From Dehalococcoidia bacterium (GTDB lineage Bacteria; Chloroflexota; Dehalococcoidia; Dehalococcoidales; W111), in NCBI GenBank assembly GCA_011191985.1, contig DUEU01000069.1, forward strand, positions 6,424-70,423: a DNA stretch of 64,000 nt. The letters are read 5' to 3'. The first letter of the stretch is position 1, and every line of letters begins with the position of its first letter. Under the pieces are notes generated by a model that saw only the letters and a program-made list of their open reading frames with translations, ran no database searches and had not been told where the DNA came from. This document shows, in pieces, positions 55,320-64,000 of the stretch. A program made the translations under genes and the position numbers.

Positions 55320-56519
55320 CTAAACCTCCTTCCGTCCCATCACTGCCACTAGTACGTTATCCAGAATATCCAGCGCCTCATCCACCTCTTCCTTACCGAT
55401 AATGAGCGGCGGCATAAGACGCAGGGCATTGGGCTTGACCCGATTGACCAGCAGGCCTTCGTCCAGGCAAGCCAGTACCAGTTGCTGGGCAATATCGCTG
55501 TCAAACTCTATCGCTACCAGCAGACCCCGGCCGCGCACATCGGTAATGAAATGGTACTTCTGCTTCAACCCTTCCAGACCCGCCAGCAGATACTGCCCCA
55601 CCTGCCCGGCGTTATCCGAAATATCGTTCTCGATGACGAATTTAAGCGTCGCATAACCGGCGGCGCAGGCCAGTGGATTACCGCCAAAGGTAGAGCCATG
55701 CTCACCCGGGACAAATACCGAAGCGCTGTCCGTTGCCAGGAACGCCCCGATAGGGACGCCACCGCCCAGGCCTTTAGCTAGGGTCATTATATCCGGTTCA
55801 ATATCATACTGCTGGTAGGCAAAGAGCGTGCCGGTTCGGCCAATGCCGGTCTGGATTTCATCCAGAATCAGCAGGAGACCCTTAAGGTCGCACCAGGCCC
55901 TGACCTCGGCCAGGTACAAATCATTGGGTAAATTCACCCCTCCCTCCCCCTGAACCGTTTCCAGCATCACGGCACAGGTCTGGTCTGTGGTGGCCGCCTG
56001 TATTGCTTCAATACTATTGTACTCCACGTTAACGAACCCCGAAGGCAGCGGTACATATCCCTCCTGGAACTTGGCCTGACCGGTAGCCGCTACCATAGCC
56101 AGGGTACGACCGTGAAAGGAGCCGGTGGCGGTGATAACCTCGTAAGCCCCCTTCAGGTGGAGCTTGCCGTAACGACGGGCCAGCTTCACTGCCCCTTCTG
56201 CGGCTTCGGCACCGCTGTTACACAGAAAGACCTTGTCCAGGCAGCTATTCTGCACCAGAAGCTCGGCCAGCTGGAGTTGGGGGATGGTATAGAACTGGTT
56301 GGAGACCTGAATCAGCGTCCGGGCCTGTGCCGACACCGCTTCGACAACCGCGGGATGGCAGTGCCCCAGGCAGGTGACCGCCCAGCCGCCAACAAAGTCC
56401 AGGTACTCCCGTCCGGTATCATCCCACACCCGCGCCCCCTGCCCCCTGACCAAGGTCAGCGGGAGCCGCTCAAACGTTCTCATAAAATACTTCCGTTCCA
56501 GTTCCGGCCAGTCAGTCAT
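55320..56519 (-). CDS. argD: Acetylornithine aminotransferase
   Basis: 399 aa, class III aminotransferase (LILDEIQTGIGRTG, TLAKGLGGG). Confidence 0.9.
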   Translation of the reverse strand: MTDWPELERKYFMRTFERLPLTLVRGQGARVWDDTGREYLDFVGGWAVTCLGHCHPAVVEAVSAQARTLIQVSNQFYTIPQLQLAELLVQNSCLDKVFLCNSGAEAAEGAVKLARRYGKLHLKGAYEVITATGSFHGRTLAMVAATGQAKFQEGYVPLPSGFVNVEYNSIEAIQAATTDQTCAVMLETVQGEGGVNLPNDLYLAEVRAWCDLKGLLLILDEIQTGIGRTGTLFAYQQYDIEPDIMTLAKGLGGGVPIGAFLATDSASVFVPGEHGSTFGGNPLACAAGYATLKFVIENDISDNAGQVGQYLLAGLEGLKQKYHFITDVRGRGLLVAIEFDSDIAQQLVLACLDEGLLVNRVKPNALRLMPPLIIGKEEVDEALDILDNVLVAVMGRKEV

Positions 56520-57313
56520 TTCCCTTCACCTATTCCTATTATAGTGCCGCTACCCTTACCCTCGAGTTCCTGGAAGAGGGCATGGGGTTGCCGCCCATCG
56601 ATAATTCGGGCGGTCTTGGCAACAGTGAGCGCCCGGAGACAGGCCCTTATCTTGGGAATCATCCCCCCCGAAGCCGTCCCGGAGGCGACCAGTGCCGCCG
56701 CCTCATCCGGCCGTAAATGAGACAGCAGTTGGCCAGACCGGTCACTGACACCAACCACATCGGTCAAAAATATAAGCTGCCCGGCAACGATGGCTGCCGC
56801 AATCTCGCCGGCCACGTCATCGGCATTGATGTTGACCACGGGCGGACCCTGCCCTAATTTACCGGTCGTATTAAGACTAATCGGGGCGACCACCGGTATA
56901 TAACCAGCATCCAGCATTATCCGTAACGGCGCCGTATTTACCGCCACCACCGAGCCGACATAGCCCAGTTTCTCGTCCTTAACCTCTGCCTGAACGAGGC
57001 CCCCATCGACGCCACTGATACCTATCGCCTGCCCGCCCTGGTCATTGATGGCGGCCACTATCTGCTTGTTAACCAGCCCGGCGAGCACGGCCACGACCAC
57101 CTGCAGCGTCGATCGGTTGGTTACCCGCTCGCCACGGACAAAGCGGCTGGGAATATCCTGCTTATCAAGCCACTCAGTAATTATTTTACCGCCACCGTGG
57201 ACGATAATCAGCAACCGGCCTTGTCTCTGCAGTGTGACCACATCTTCAATGGTGGTATCGTGACTGCCTAGGGTAGCCCCACCAATCTTGACCACGACGA
57301 TGTTCTCATCCAT
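56516..57313 (-). CDS. argB: Acetylglutamate kinase
   Basis: 265 aa, amino-acid kinase fold (VVKIGG, VHGGG, NINADD). 4-nt overlap with argD. Confidence 0.9.
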   Translation of the reverse strand: MDENIVVVKIGGATLGSHDTTIEDVVTLQRQGRLLIIVHGGGKIITEWLDKQDIPSRFVRGERVTNRSTLQVVVAVLAGLVNKQIVAAINDQGGQAIGISGVDGGLVQAEVKDEKLGYVGSVVAVNTAPLRIMLDAGYIPVVAPISLNTTGKLGQGPPVVNINADDVAGEIAAAIVAGQLIFLTDVVGVSDRSGQLLSHLRPDEAAALVASGTASGGMIPKIRACLRALTVAKTARIIDGRQPHALFQELEGKGSGTIIGIGEGK

Positions 57314-57328
57314 TTAATTCTACACCCC

Positions 57329-58546
57329 TCAGGTGGTATATTCGCTATTAATGGCTACATAATCTTTCGTCAGGTCACAGCCCCAGGCAGTAGCGCTGGC
57401 CGCCCCCTTATTCAATTGCAGGGTTATCGGCACCTCCTTGCCGTGTAAAAACCGCCTTGTATCCCGCCGGTTGAATTTCACCGACCGTCCGCCGCTGGCC
57501 ACGCATATGCTGCCGAAATAGAGGTCAACCTTCGCTTCGGCCACTTCCGCCCCACTCCGGCCCAAGGCCGCCATAATCCGCCCCCAGTTGGGGTCGCCAC
57601 CATACACCGCTGTCTTGACTAGGGACGAGCTGATTATCGTCCGCGCTGCTCGTCTCGCCTGAGCAACGCTGGCCGCCCCTTTAACCGTGACCTCAATAAG
57701 ACGGCTGGCGCCCTCACCATCGGCCGCAATACGCTTCGCCAGAAAGATACACAGCCTTTCCAGTGCCTGTTGAAAGGCCTCCGCCCGTTTGCTATCCTGG
57801 TCAATCGGTCTGCCGTCCGCCAGCCCGTTGGCCATCATCAGCACCATGTCGTTGGTGCTGGTATCACCATCAACGGATACCATATTGAATGAGACATCTA
57901 CCGCCTTCCGCAGTGCCGTTCTGAGAAAGTCTAACTCCAGCGCCGCATCGGTGCTTATGAGGCCGAGCAGCGTGGCCAGGTTGGGATGGATCATCCCGGA
58001 ACCCTTGGCTATGCCGCCGATGACGAAAGCACCATCATCGGCCCTGACGGCTACCGCCGCTTCTTTGGGCACAGTATCGGTAGTCATTATTGCTCGCGCC
58101 AAGGTGTGTCCGCCATCTCGGGAAAGGACAATCCGGTCCATAGCCTGCTGAATCCGCCGCATGGGCAATCGCCGTCCAATAGTACCGGTGCTGGCCACGA
58201 CAACATCATCCGGCGATACACCGAGCCCCTCGGCTGCCAGTTCAGCCATCTTAGCGGCGTCCCTGAGCCCTTTCATTCCGGTACAGGCATTGGCACAACC
58301 GCTGTTGACGACGACAGCCGTGGCCTTCCCATAACGCAGACGTCTTCGAGTCAGAACCACCGGTGCCGCCTTAATCCGGTTGGTAGTGAATACAGCACCA
58401 GCGACACAGGGCGCTTCTGAAAAGAGGATACCCAGGTCAGGCTTAGTGCCAGTATCCTTCTTTATACCGGCCCGAATAGCACCAGCATGAAACCCCTCCG
58501 GGGCAGTAACGGTGCCCGTCCTAATAAATTCGACACTCTCTTCCAT
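57329..58546 (-). CDS. argJ: Bifunctional ornithine acetyltransferase / N-acetylglutamate synthase ArgJ
   Basis: ATLLG autoprocessing-site context (HPNLATLLGLISTDA). Start moved from 58666 to ATG 58546 (MEESVEF...). Confidence 0.9.
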   Translation of the reverse strand: MEESVEFIRTGTVTAPEGFHAGAIRAGIKKDTGTKPDLGILFSEAPCVAGAVFTTNRIKAAPVVLTRRRLRYGKATAVVVNSGCANACTGMKGLRDAAKMAELAAEGLGVSPDDVVVASTGTIGRRLPMRRIQQAMDRIVLSRDGGHTLARAIMTTDTVPKEAAVAVRADDGAFVIGGIAKGSGMIHPNLATLLGLISTDAALELDFLRTALRKAVDVSFNMVSVDGDTSTNDMVLMMANGLADGRPIDQDSKRAEAFQQALERLCIFLAKRIAADGEGASRLIEVTVKGAASVAQARRAARTIISSSLVKTAVYGGDPNWGRIMAALGRSGAEVAEAKVDLYFGSICVASGGRSVKFNRRDTRRFLHGKEVPITLQLNKGAASATAWGCDLTKDYVAINSEYTT

Positions 58547-58693
58547 AGTTATACCTGAATATACCATATAAAGGTGACTAAGGCAACGAGATTGTGCCCA
58601 ACCTTTTATGCCGTTGCCGGTGCCCGGGTGACAAAGGCCGACACCCTGTAGTATAATCAACAGCAATCGCCGCAGAATAATACCAACTGGTTA

Positions 58694-59257
58694 ATGGAAG
58701 TAAAGACGGTATATTTCAGCAGCCCCGGCAGTGGTAATACGGACGAAGTGCTCCGTATTGCCCGGCAGCGGGCAGAAGAACTGGGCGTAAAGACGGTGCT
58801 GGTGGCCTCCACCACCGGTGACACTGCTGCCAAAGCCGCCGACCTTTTCACCGGCGTGAAGGTAATTGCCGTAAGCCACTCCGCTGGCTTCCGGGAGTCA
58901 GATACCCAGGAGTTCAGCGAAGAAAATAGAAAGCTGGTGGAGGGCAAGGGGGGTACCGTATTAACCACCACTCATGCCTTCGCCGGGGTCAGCCGGGCCA
59001 TGCGCAAGAAATTCACGACCCACGTTATCGGGGATGTAATCGCCAATACCCTGCGTATCTTCGGTGAGGGCGTGAAGGTGGTCTGCGAGATTGCCATCAT
59101 GGCCGCCGACAGCGGTCTGGCACGCACTGATGAAGACGTAATCGCTATTGCCGGTACCAGCCGGGGGGCGGATACCGCCGTGGTCCTCAGGCCCGTAAAC
59201 TCCCAGGACTTTTTTGACTTAAAAATCAAAGAAGTCCTATGCAAACCACGATTCTAA
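58694..59257 (+). CDS. Pyruvate-kinase C-terminal (alpha/beta) domain-like protein
   Basis: 187 aa with VLVASTTGDTA and AIAGTSRGADTA patterns resembling stand-alone PK_C domain proteins. No clear RBS. Confidence 0.55.
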   Translation: MEVKTVYFSSPGSGNTDEVLRIARQRAEELGVKTVLVASTTGDTAAKAADLFTGVKVIAVSHSAGFRESDTQEFSEENRKLVEGKGGTVLTTTHAFAGVSRAMRKKFTTHVIGDVIANTLRIFGEGVKVVCEIAIMAADSGLARTDEDVIAIAGTSRGADTAVVLRPVNSQDFFDLKIKEVLCKPRF

Positions 59258-59336
59258 CTAATCCATGCGCCTGGCACAGTATGGACCGGCCAGAAATCCG
59301 GTGGCAGCACAGCGGCCAGAACCACCTGAATGCAGA

Positions 59337-59362
59337 CGGGGGCTTTCCAGCCCCCCCGTTTT
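59337..59362 (+). terminator. Intrinsic terminator after the PK_C-like gene
   Basis: GC stem CGGGGGC / GCCCCC(CC)G with a 6-nt loop, followed by TTTT. Confidence 0.55.
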
Positions 59363-59407
59363 AAATGAGCCATTCGGGGGTTACACTCGGCCGCAGACAG
59401 GGTTCCT

Positions 59408-60142
59408 TTATTGTGGTTGCATCACGTAAAACCACCCCACGGCATCCCCCAGAGAGACGGCATATGTCGCCGGAATGGTCTTGTACACGGTGAAACTTAC
59501 CGGGAAGGCAGTCGCCGGGGAAACGTTTACCGGCCGGCTCTGCTCGAATTGCCCGTTTATTATCAGGTTAACCGTCATAGAGGCCGGGCCGCCGCCAATA
59601 TTGGCGACATCGGCATTGATAGTCACCGCTTGGCCGGGTTGAGCATAAGTAGGCGTTATGTTCAGGTTGAGCACCGTCAGACGGCCAGCGCTGGCCCCGG
59701 CATCGATGACGACATCAGTATAGTAAGTATCGGTAACTTCTTCCAGGACAGTATCACCGCCGTTATCGCCGTCACCGTCTACTGGCGTCTCCACGATAAC
59801 GGTCGTTGTTAGCGCCACGTGATAGAACCCCTCCGCATAGTATGTATGAGTAGGATTCTGCAAACTGCTGTGCTGGCCATCACCGAAGTCCCAGTCCCAG
59901 GACTGAGATACGAAATCACCGCTGTAACTCGAACTATCGGTGAAGTGCACCGTCATCGGTGCCTCGCCCAGCGTCGGCTGGGCGTCAAAGCTGGCTACCG
60001 GCGGGGACGGCGACGGGGGCGGCGGCGGTTCAACCATGGCCGCACCCGGCCCGCCCATTATTGACGGTGCCAGCACTATCCCCAATGTTAAAAGCAGCGC
60101 CACCGATGCCGCCACGCAGATAATCTTCCCTGTTCTATCCAT
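59408..60142 (-). CDS. N-terminally anchored PKD + CARDB domain surface protein
   Basis: TM helix, a PPPPSPSPP linker, PKD motif (WDWDFGDG...NPTHTY) and a CARDB-like C-terminal domain. Start set to ATG 60142 (RBS GGGGGAG) rather than 60157. Confidence 0.7.
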   Translation of the reverse strand: MDRTGKIICVAASVALLLTLGIVLAPSIMGGPGAAMVEPPPPPSPSPPVASFDAQPTLGEAPMTVHFTDSSSYSGDFVSQSWDWDFGDGQHSSLQNPTHTYYAEGFYHVALTTTVIVETPVDGDGDNGGDTVLEEVTDTYYTDVVIDAGASAGRLTVLNLNITPTYAQPGQAVTINADVANIGGGPASMTVNLIINGQFEQSRPVNVSPATAFPVSFTVYKTIPATYAVSLGDAVGWFYVMQPQ

Positions 60143-60175
60143 CTCTCCCCCTATCATCTCTTATCTACGGATAAT

Positions 60176-60184
60176 ATTATAGCA
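60176..60184 (-). promoter_or_regulatory. Extended -10 element of the 59408-60142 gene
   Basis: The minus strand reads TGCTATAAT about 34 nt upstream of ATG 60142. Confidence 0.4.
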
Positions 60185-60223
60185 CGCAGCGTCAATATAG
60201 TTGAGACAATCCTGGCCCGTCGC

Positions 60224-60261
60224 ATTATTAAAGAAGTGGGAGTCCACAGGACTCCCACTTC
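60224..60261 (-). terminator. Conserved terminator hairpin after surface-protein gene B
   Basis: 13-bp stem GAAGTGGGAGTCC / GGACTCCCACTTC with a 3-nt loop, then TTTAATAAT on the minus strand. The same hairpin recurs at 63166-63192. Confidence 0.55.
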
Positions 60262-60292
60262 CCTCGTTAACGTGTAAACCACTCTCTGTAAC

Positions 60293-62908
60293 TTAACTGG
60301 GCTTGAATACCACAATGGCCACTATCAGCGCCGCAATAACAAATACCCCGATCACTATCAGCGCTATCAATGTGCCACTGTCCATCGGTATGCCACCTAC
60401 CTGCGACGGCTGCTGCTCTTCTACTACGTAGAACGTCCCCATGGCATTACCAACAACTACCTGGTACTCCCCAGCTTCTACCTTGTATACCGTGAAGCTT
60501 ATCGGCTGTGATGTCCCCGCTGCTACACCTACCTGCGCTGACTGCTCATACTGCCCGTTGATCAACAATTGTATCTCACCATCACCCCAGGCTCCACCTT
60601 CATTGAATACATCGGCTGTTATCATTACCTGCTGCCTCGGCTGTGCCTGCGTGGCCGAGATGTACAGGTTGCGCACTACCAGCTCGGGCAGTGCTGCCGA
60701 CGCCTCCACTATCACCTGGTTAGAGTCATCATCGGTACCACCACCCGGTCCTTCCACCGTGAGACGAACCGAGTACACACCTTCATTCTGATAGGTGTGC
60801 GTGGGATACTGGGCCTCGCTGACGCTACCATCCCCGAAGCTCCAGAACCACGTCTCAGCACCAGTTGACATGTCGTAGAACTGGACGGTAAGTGGTGCCT
60901 GACCCGTCGGCGGCGTTAACGTAAACGCGGCCTTCACCACCTCTTCCCCACAAGGCGCAAACAACCACCCTTCATACTCGACATTTTCACTAACGGCATC
61001 GCCGCTACCAGGCCCCTCACCACTGGGCCCAGATTCGTCACCCCACCAGTTGCCGGTGGCGTCAACCATATAGCCACTTTCGTTATAGACACCGTAATCG
61101 GAATTATTAAAAATGTCATTACAGTCGCTAACGGTGACCTGATAATCATGGTTTTGGTAATTGATGTCAACGCCGTCATCACCGTTCTCCGATATAGTGT
61201 TACACAAGATTATTAACTCTGCGTCCGAGGAATCCTCTTCATGGCCTACTTCGGAGACATATATGCCATCATCTGTATTCTCGTTGATGATGTTGTAGCT
61301 GATAGTGGCTTGACTATCCACATACACATGGATGTGCACGCCATCGTCACCGTTTGATGAAATGTTATTATTGCCGGTGATTTCGTAGGTGCTGCCACCT
61401 CGCATACTCCCGTTATATATACCATCATCCGCATTCCCAGTAATGGTATTTTCGTCGTCAATAGTGACAGTGCTCGCATCTACCGTACCCAGGTAGATGC
61501 CAGCCTCAGGTCCTTCACAGTGAAAGCCGTTACCGGTAATAGTGTTGCCGCTAATGGTGACGCTGCTACCTCCGTAAACACTTGGAAGATATATGCCGGC
61601 ACAACCGTTATTCGAGACGGTGTTATTAGCTATGGTCAGCGTGCTGGCCTCTTCAATTGACCAAGCATATATCCCGACACCGAAGTTCTGCGTGATAATG
61701 CAGTCCTCAATGGTCAGGCTGGAGCCATCGTATAAATAATCAACGTGTATGCCGCTCGTTGGCGCCATGCCCTCGCTGATGGTGAAGCCATCAATAACAA
61801 CCGTTTCGCCGTCAAGGTCTACGGTAACTACGTCCCCGTAATACGCGATTATGGTTTCCTCGGCGCTGCCGGTCGCCTTAAGAATCAGATCCTTATCGAT
61901 GCTGACAGCCTCGTAGTACGTACCCGGCCGCACGTTAACCGTACTGGCAACCACATTGTCAATGCCGTCCTGTATGGTGGCAAAGGCATCATGGCCAAAG
62001 ATGTGTCCGTCAGCATCATCGCCGGGGTTAAGGCCGGCCCAGTCGTCATCAACCCAGACCGTAGTCGCTGATGCCTCTACCGTGATATAATTAGTCTTGG
62101 TTTCGGTATCTTCCCCGCCGTTAACCGTCAGGCTGACGGTGTATGTTCCCGGCACGTTGTAGGTGTACTCTGGGTCCTCCTCAGTGCTGTCCTCTGTAGT
62201 ATCATTGTCAAAGTCCCAAGACCACGACGTAACCGTACCGCCGGTTGTCTCGTCGCTAAATTGAACGGTCAGCGGTGCCGGGCCGGATGTCGGCGTGCCG
62301 CTGAAATCAGCGTCGATGAGTACTATGTCCGGGTCGCCATATATCCGAAACAGGAAATCAGGGCTAAACGAAGACCAGGTACTGCCACCGTCAGTGCTCT
62401 GCTCCATATTGCCGAAAGAAAAAGTTGGAGAAGAACCGTCGGCCCGCCACCAGACCTGGCCAGAAGTACTCGTTCTGATGGAACGGACAACTAAGGCATA
62501 TCGGGTAGCTTGGCTCACCGCAATCGGCGTGCTGAATGTGGCACTTACATAACCGGCAGTCGTCGGCACAGCGCTGGCGTTGAAACTGACTGAGGTCAAA
62601 TCGGTACCGGTGGGATGATTACTACCATCGGTGTTTTTTATCGAGACCGTTACGGTGCCGGTAAAATCTGAATCTCTCACCATTAACATCTCGGCCCGGG
62701 TGATGTTATGGTTCGAGGTTGGCGTGAAGGTCTGCGCCTGCCAAGTATTGCCCCAACAGGTATAGGGAGTATCATCACCGGTGGTGTAACTCTCGTAGAG
62801 TGTCTCCACGGCCTTTACGATATTTGCCGGCAGTAATGCTACCGCCCCCAGCGCCAGCACCAGCGCCAGTATTGAAATCAAACAAACCGGTTTTAATGCT
62901 TTAATCAT
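60293..62908 (-). CDS. Large surface protein: signal/TM, N-terminal domain, PKD, right-handed beta-helix (PbH1/NosD-like repeats), PKD, CARDB, C-terminal TM anchor
   Basis: Start moved to ATG 62908 (MIKALKP..., RBS GGAGGTGG). PKD motifs WSWDFDND..PEYTY and WFWSFGDG..PTHTY. Repeated N..I..N...GI beta-helix turns. Terminal helix followed by FKPS. Confidence 0.75.
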   Translation of the reverse strand: MIKALKPVCLISILALVLALGAVALLPANIVKAVETLYESYTTGDDTPYTCWGNTWQAQTFTPTSNHNITRAEMLMVRDSDFTGTVTVSIKNTDGSNHPTGTDLTSVSFNASAVPTTAGYVSATFSTPIAVSQATRYALVVRSIRTSTSGQVWWRADGSSPTFSFGNMEQSTDGGSTWSSFSPDFLFRIYGDPDIVLIDADFSGTPTSGPAPLTVQFSDETTGGTVTSWSWDFDNDTTEDSTEEDPEYTYNVPGTYTVSLTVNGGEDTETKTNYITVEASATTVWVDDDWAGLNPGDDADGHIFGHDAFATIQDGIDNVVASTVNVRPGTYYEAVSIDKDLILKATGSAEETIIAYYGDVVTVDLDGETVVIDGFTISEGMAPTSGIHVDYLYDGSSLTIEDCIITQNFGVGIYAWSIEEASTLTIANNTVSNNGCAGIYLPSVYGGSSVTISGNTITGNGFHCEGPEAGIYLGTVDASTVTIDDENTITGNADDGIYNGSMRGGSTYEITGNNNISSNGDDGVHIHVYVDSQATISYNIINENTDDGIYVSEVGHEEDSSDAELIILCNTISENGDDGVDINYQNHDYQVTVSDCNDIFNNSDYGVYNESGYMVDATGNWWGDESGPSGEGPGSGDAVSENVEYEGWLFAPCGEEVVKAAFTLTPPTGQAPLTVQFYDMSTGAETWFWSFGDGSVSEAQYPTHTYQNEGVYSVRLTVEGPGGGTDDDSNQVIVEASAALPELVVRNLYISATQAQPRQQVMITADVFNEGGAWGDGEIQLLINGQYEQSAQVGVAAGTSQPISFTVYKVEAGEYQVVVGNAMGTFYVVEEQQPSQVGGIPMDSGTLIALIVIGVFVIAALIVAIVVFKPS

Positions 62909-63040
62909 ATTCCACCTCCACGAGTGATTTGCCCCAACCACGGGCTATTATATCATACTTGATAATCAGGGTACTCTTCAATATATTTATATTCGTCCGT
63001 GTCCACCCACTTTCTTTTCGCCACTCGGCCAGTGAATATA

Positions 63041-63070
63041 TTTATAAACCATTGTACTATCACCTGTCAA
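63041..63070 (-). promoter_or_regulatory. Candidate promoter of surface-protein gene B
   Basis: The minus strand reads TTGACA (63070-63065), an 18-nt spacer, then TATAAA, in an AT-rich region about 130 nt upstream of ATG 62908. Confidence 0.35.
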
Positions 63071-63157
63071 CAGGTTAAATAATTACGATTTGTTAACCTT
63101 AACACTGAATTAACAATGTCACCGGCTGAGGGTATAAGCCGGCGGGAATATACGGCA

Positions 63158-63192
63158 TAACAACAAAGTGGGAGTCCACAGGACTCCCACTT
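63158..63192 (-). terminator. Conserved terminator hairpin after surface-protein gene C
   Basis: 12-bp stem AAGTGGGAGTCC / GGACTCCCACTT with a 3-nt loop, then TGTTGTT on the minus strand. Near-identical to 60233-60261. Confidence 0.55.
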
Positions 63193-63229
63193 CCCTCGTT
63201 AACGTGGTTCTAACAACACTCCTTCTCTC

Positions 63230-64000
63230 TTAACTGGGTTTGAATACCACGATAGCCACTATCAACGCCGCAATAACAAATACCCCGATCACAATTAGGG
63301 CAATCAATGTGCCGCTGTCCATCGGTATGCCACCTACCTGAGACGGCTGCTGCTCTTCTACTACGTAGAACGTCCCCGTGGCGTTACCAATGGTCACCTG
63401 ATATTCCCCGGCTTCTACCTTGTATACCGTGAAGCTTATCGGCTGTGACGTGCCTGCCGAAACACCAACACCTGTTGTCTGCTCATACTGGCCGTTGATA
63501 AACAGGTCTACATCACCATCACCCCAGGCGGTACCTTCGTTGAATACATCGGCCGTTATCATTACCTGCTGCCTCGGCTGTGCCTGTGTGGCTGAAATGT
63601 AAAGGTTACGTACCACCAGGTTGGGCGCCCCTGCCCCTTCCTCCACTATCACCTGTATACAAGCTGTATCACTGCCTTCTGGCCCTTCCACTGTGAGACA
63701 TACCTGGTACGTCCCTCCATTCTGATAGGTGTGCGTGGGATACTGGGCATCGCTGAAAGAGCCATCCCCGAAGCTCCAGAACCAGGAATCAATATCACCG
63801 GTGGACATATCGTAGAACTGTACCTGGTGCGGCGCTTCACCCATAGGTGCACTAACCCTGGCCGCAGCACGCGGCGCTTCAGGAACTACACAAATTGGTC
63901 CCTGATAAGTGGTGTACCAGATTTCAGCGTAGCCGCTCCTATCATCACACCACGCTACGTGAGCCTTGCCGTATGAATCCACGGCCACGGGTATCACATT
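63230..64000 (-). CDS. PKD + CARDB surface protein with C-terminal TM anchor, 5'-truncated by the window edge
   Basis: The reading frame is open to position 64000. PKD motif WFWSFGDG..PTHTY. The CARDB domain and the last 46 aa are identical to gene B. Confidence 0.7.
   Translation of the reverse strand, partial: NVIPVAVDSYGKAHVAWCDDRSGYAEIWYTTYQGPICVVPEAPRAAARVSAPMGEAPHQVQFYDMSTGDIDSWFWSFGDGSFSDAQYPTHTYQNGGTYQVCLTVEGPEGSDTACIQVIVEEGAGAPNLVVRNLYISATQAQPRQQVMITADVFNEGTAWGDGDVDLFINGQYEQTTGVGVSAGTSQPISFTVYKVEAGEYQVTIGNATGTFYVVEEQQPSQVGGIPMDSGTLIALIVIGVFVIAALIVAIVVFKPS

Noticed and set aside
58554-58573. ARG box (ArgR operator) upstream of argJ
   Set aside because: On the minus strand TTTATATGGTATATTCAGG matches only one half-site (ATATTCA). 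By my count about 10 of 16 informative consensus positions match, which is not convincing.
60293-63840. Diversity-generating retroelement (template/variable repeat pair) acting on the surface proteins
   Set aside because: Both repeat copies are in-frame coding sequence. The differences are not restricted to adenine positions and are largely synonymous in the anchor. No reverse transcriptase gene is present in the window.
1-64000. CRISPR arrays, prophage, transposons or defence islands
   Set aside because: I saw no regularly spaced direct repeats and no integrase, transposase, recombinase, cas, restriction or toxin-antitoxin-like genes. The only repeats are the three double-hairpin elements and the surface-protein 3' cassettes.

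Overview
Densely coding 64-kb chromosomal segment with about 60 genes. It is moderately GC-rich by eye and frequently uses GTG/TTG starts with strong GGAGG-type ribosome-binding sites. I recognised no rRNA, tRNA, CRISPR array, transposase or integrase. The gene content suggests an anaerobic Chloroflexota/Dehalococcoidia-like bacterium; this assignment is tentative and inferred only.

Housekeeping genes:
- ftsH, moaE, metG, rsmI, prfA-prmC, gatC-gatA, argS, recG, rpmB
- an argJ-argB-argD-argG-argH operon
- an EF-G2 paralog and a TreT-like trehalose synthase

Redox and metabolic genes:
- a nitroreductase / URO-D-like / phosphotriesterase-like / flavoprotein cluster
- etfBA
- two paralogous NuoE/NuoF-type flavin-FeS modules

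Envelope genes:
- an MMPL exporter
- an ABC-2 exporter paired with a NEW3-domain protein
- an IPT/TIG protein
- three consecutive PKD/CARDB surface-protein genes at the 3' end of the window

Best candidates for something new:
1. An apparent five-gene operon (11828-19529) joins MetF-MetV to an Stn/SfrAB-like complex. That complex comprises a NuoE-like subunit, a NuoF::GltD fusion, and a formate-dehydrogenase-like subunit. In the last subunit the catalytic Sec/Cys-His pair is replaced by Tyr-Ser. This could be an undescribed coupling mode for methylene-THF reductase.
2. A promoter-equipped 25-codon Cys-rich micro-ORF (39587-39664) is not in the ORF track. It is bracketed by two inverted copies of a roughly 77-bp double-hairpin repeat, and a third copy lies at 43764-43837.
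3. Paralogous surface proteins share a strongly conserved C-terminal anchor cassette and a conserved terminator.

All functional calls come from motif recognition by eye. No database search was run.
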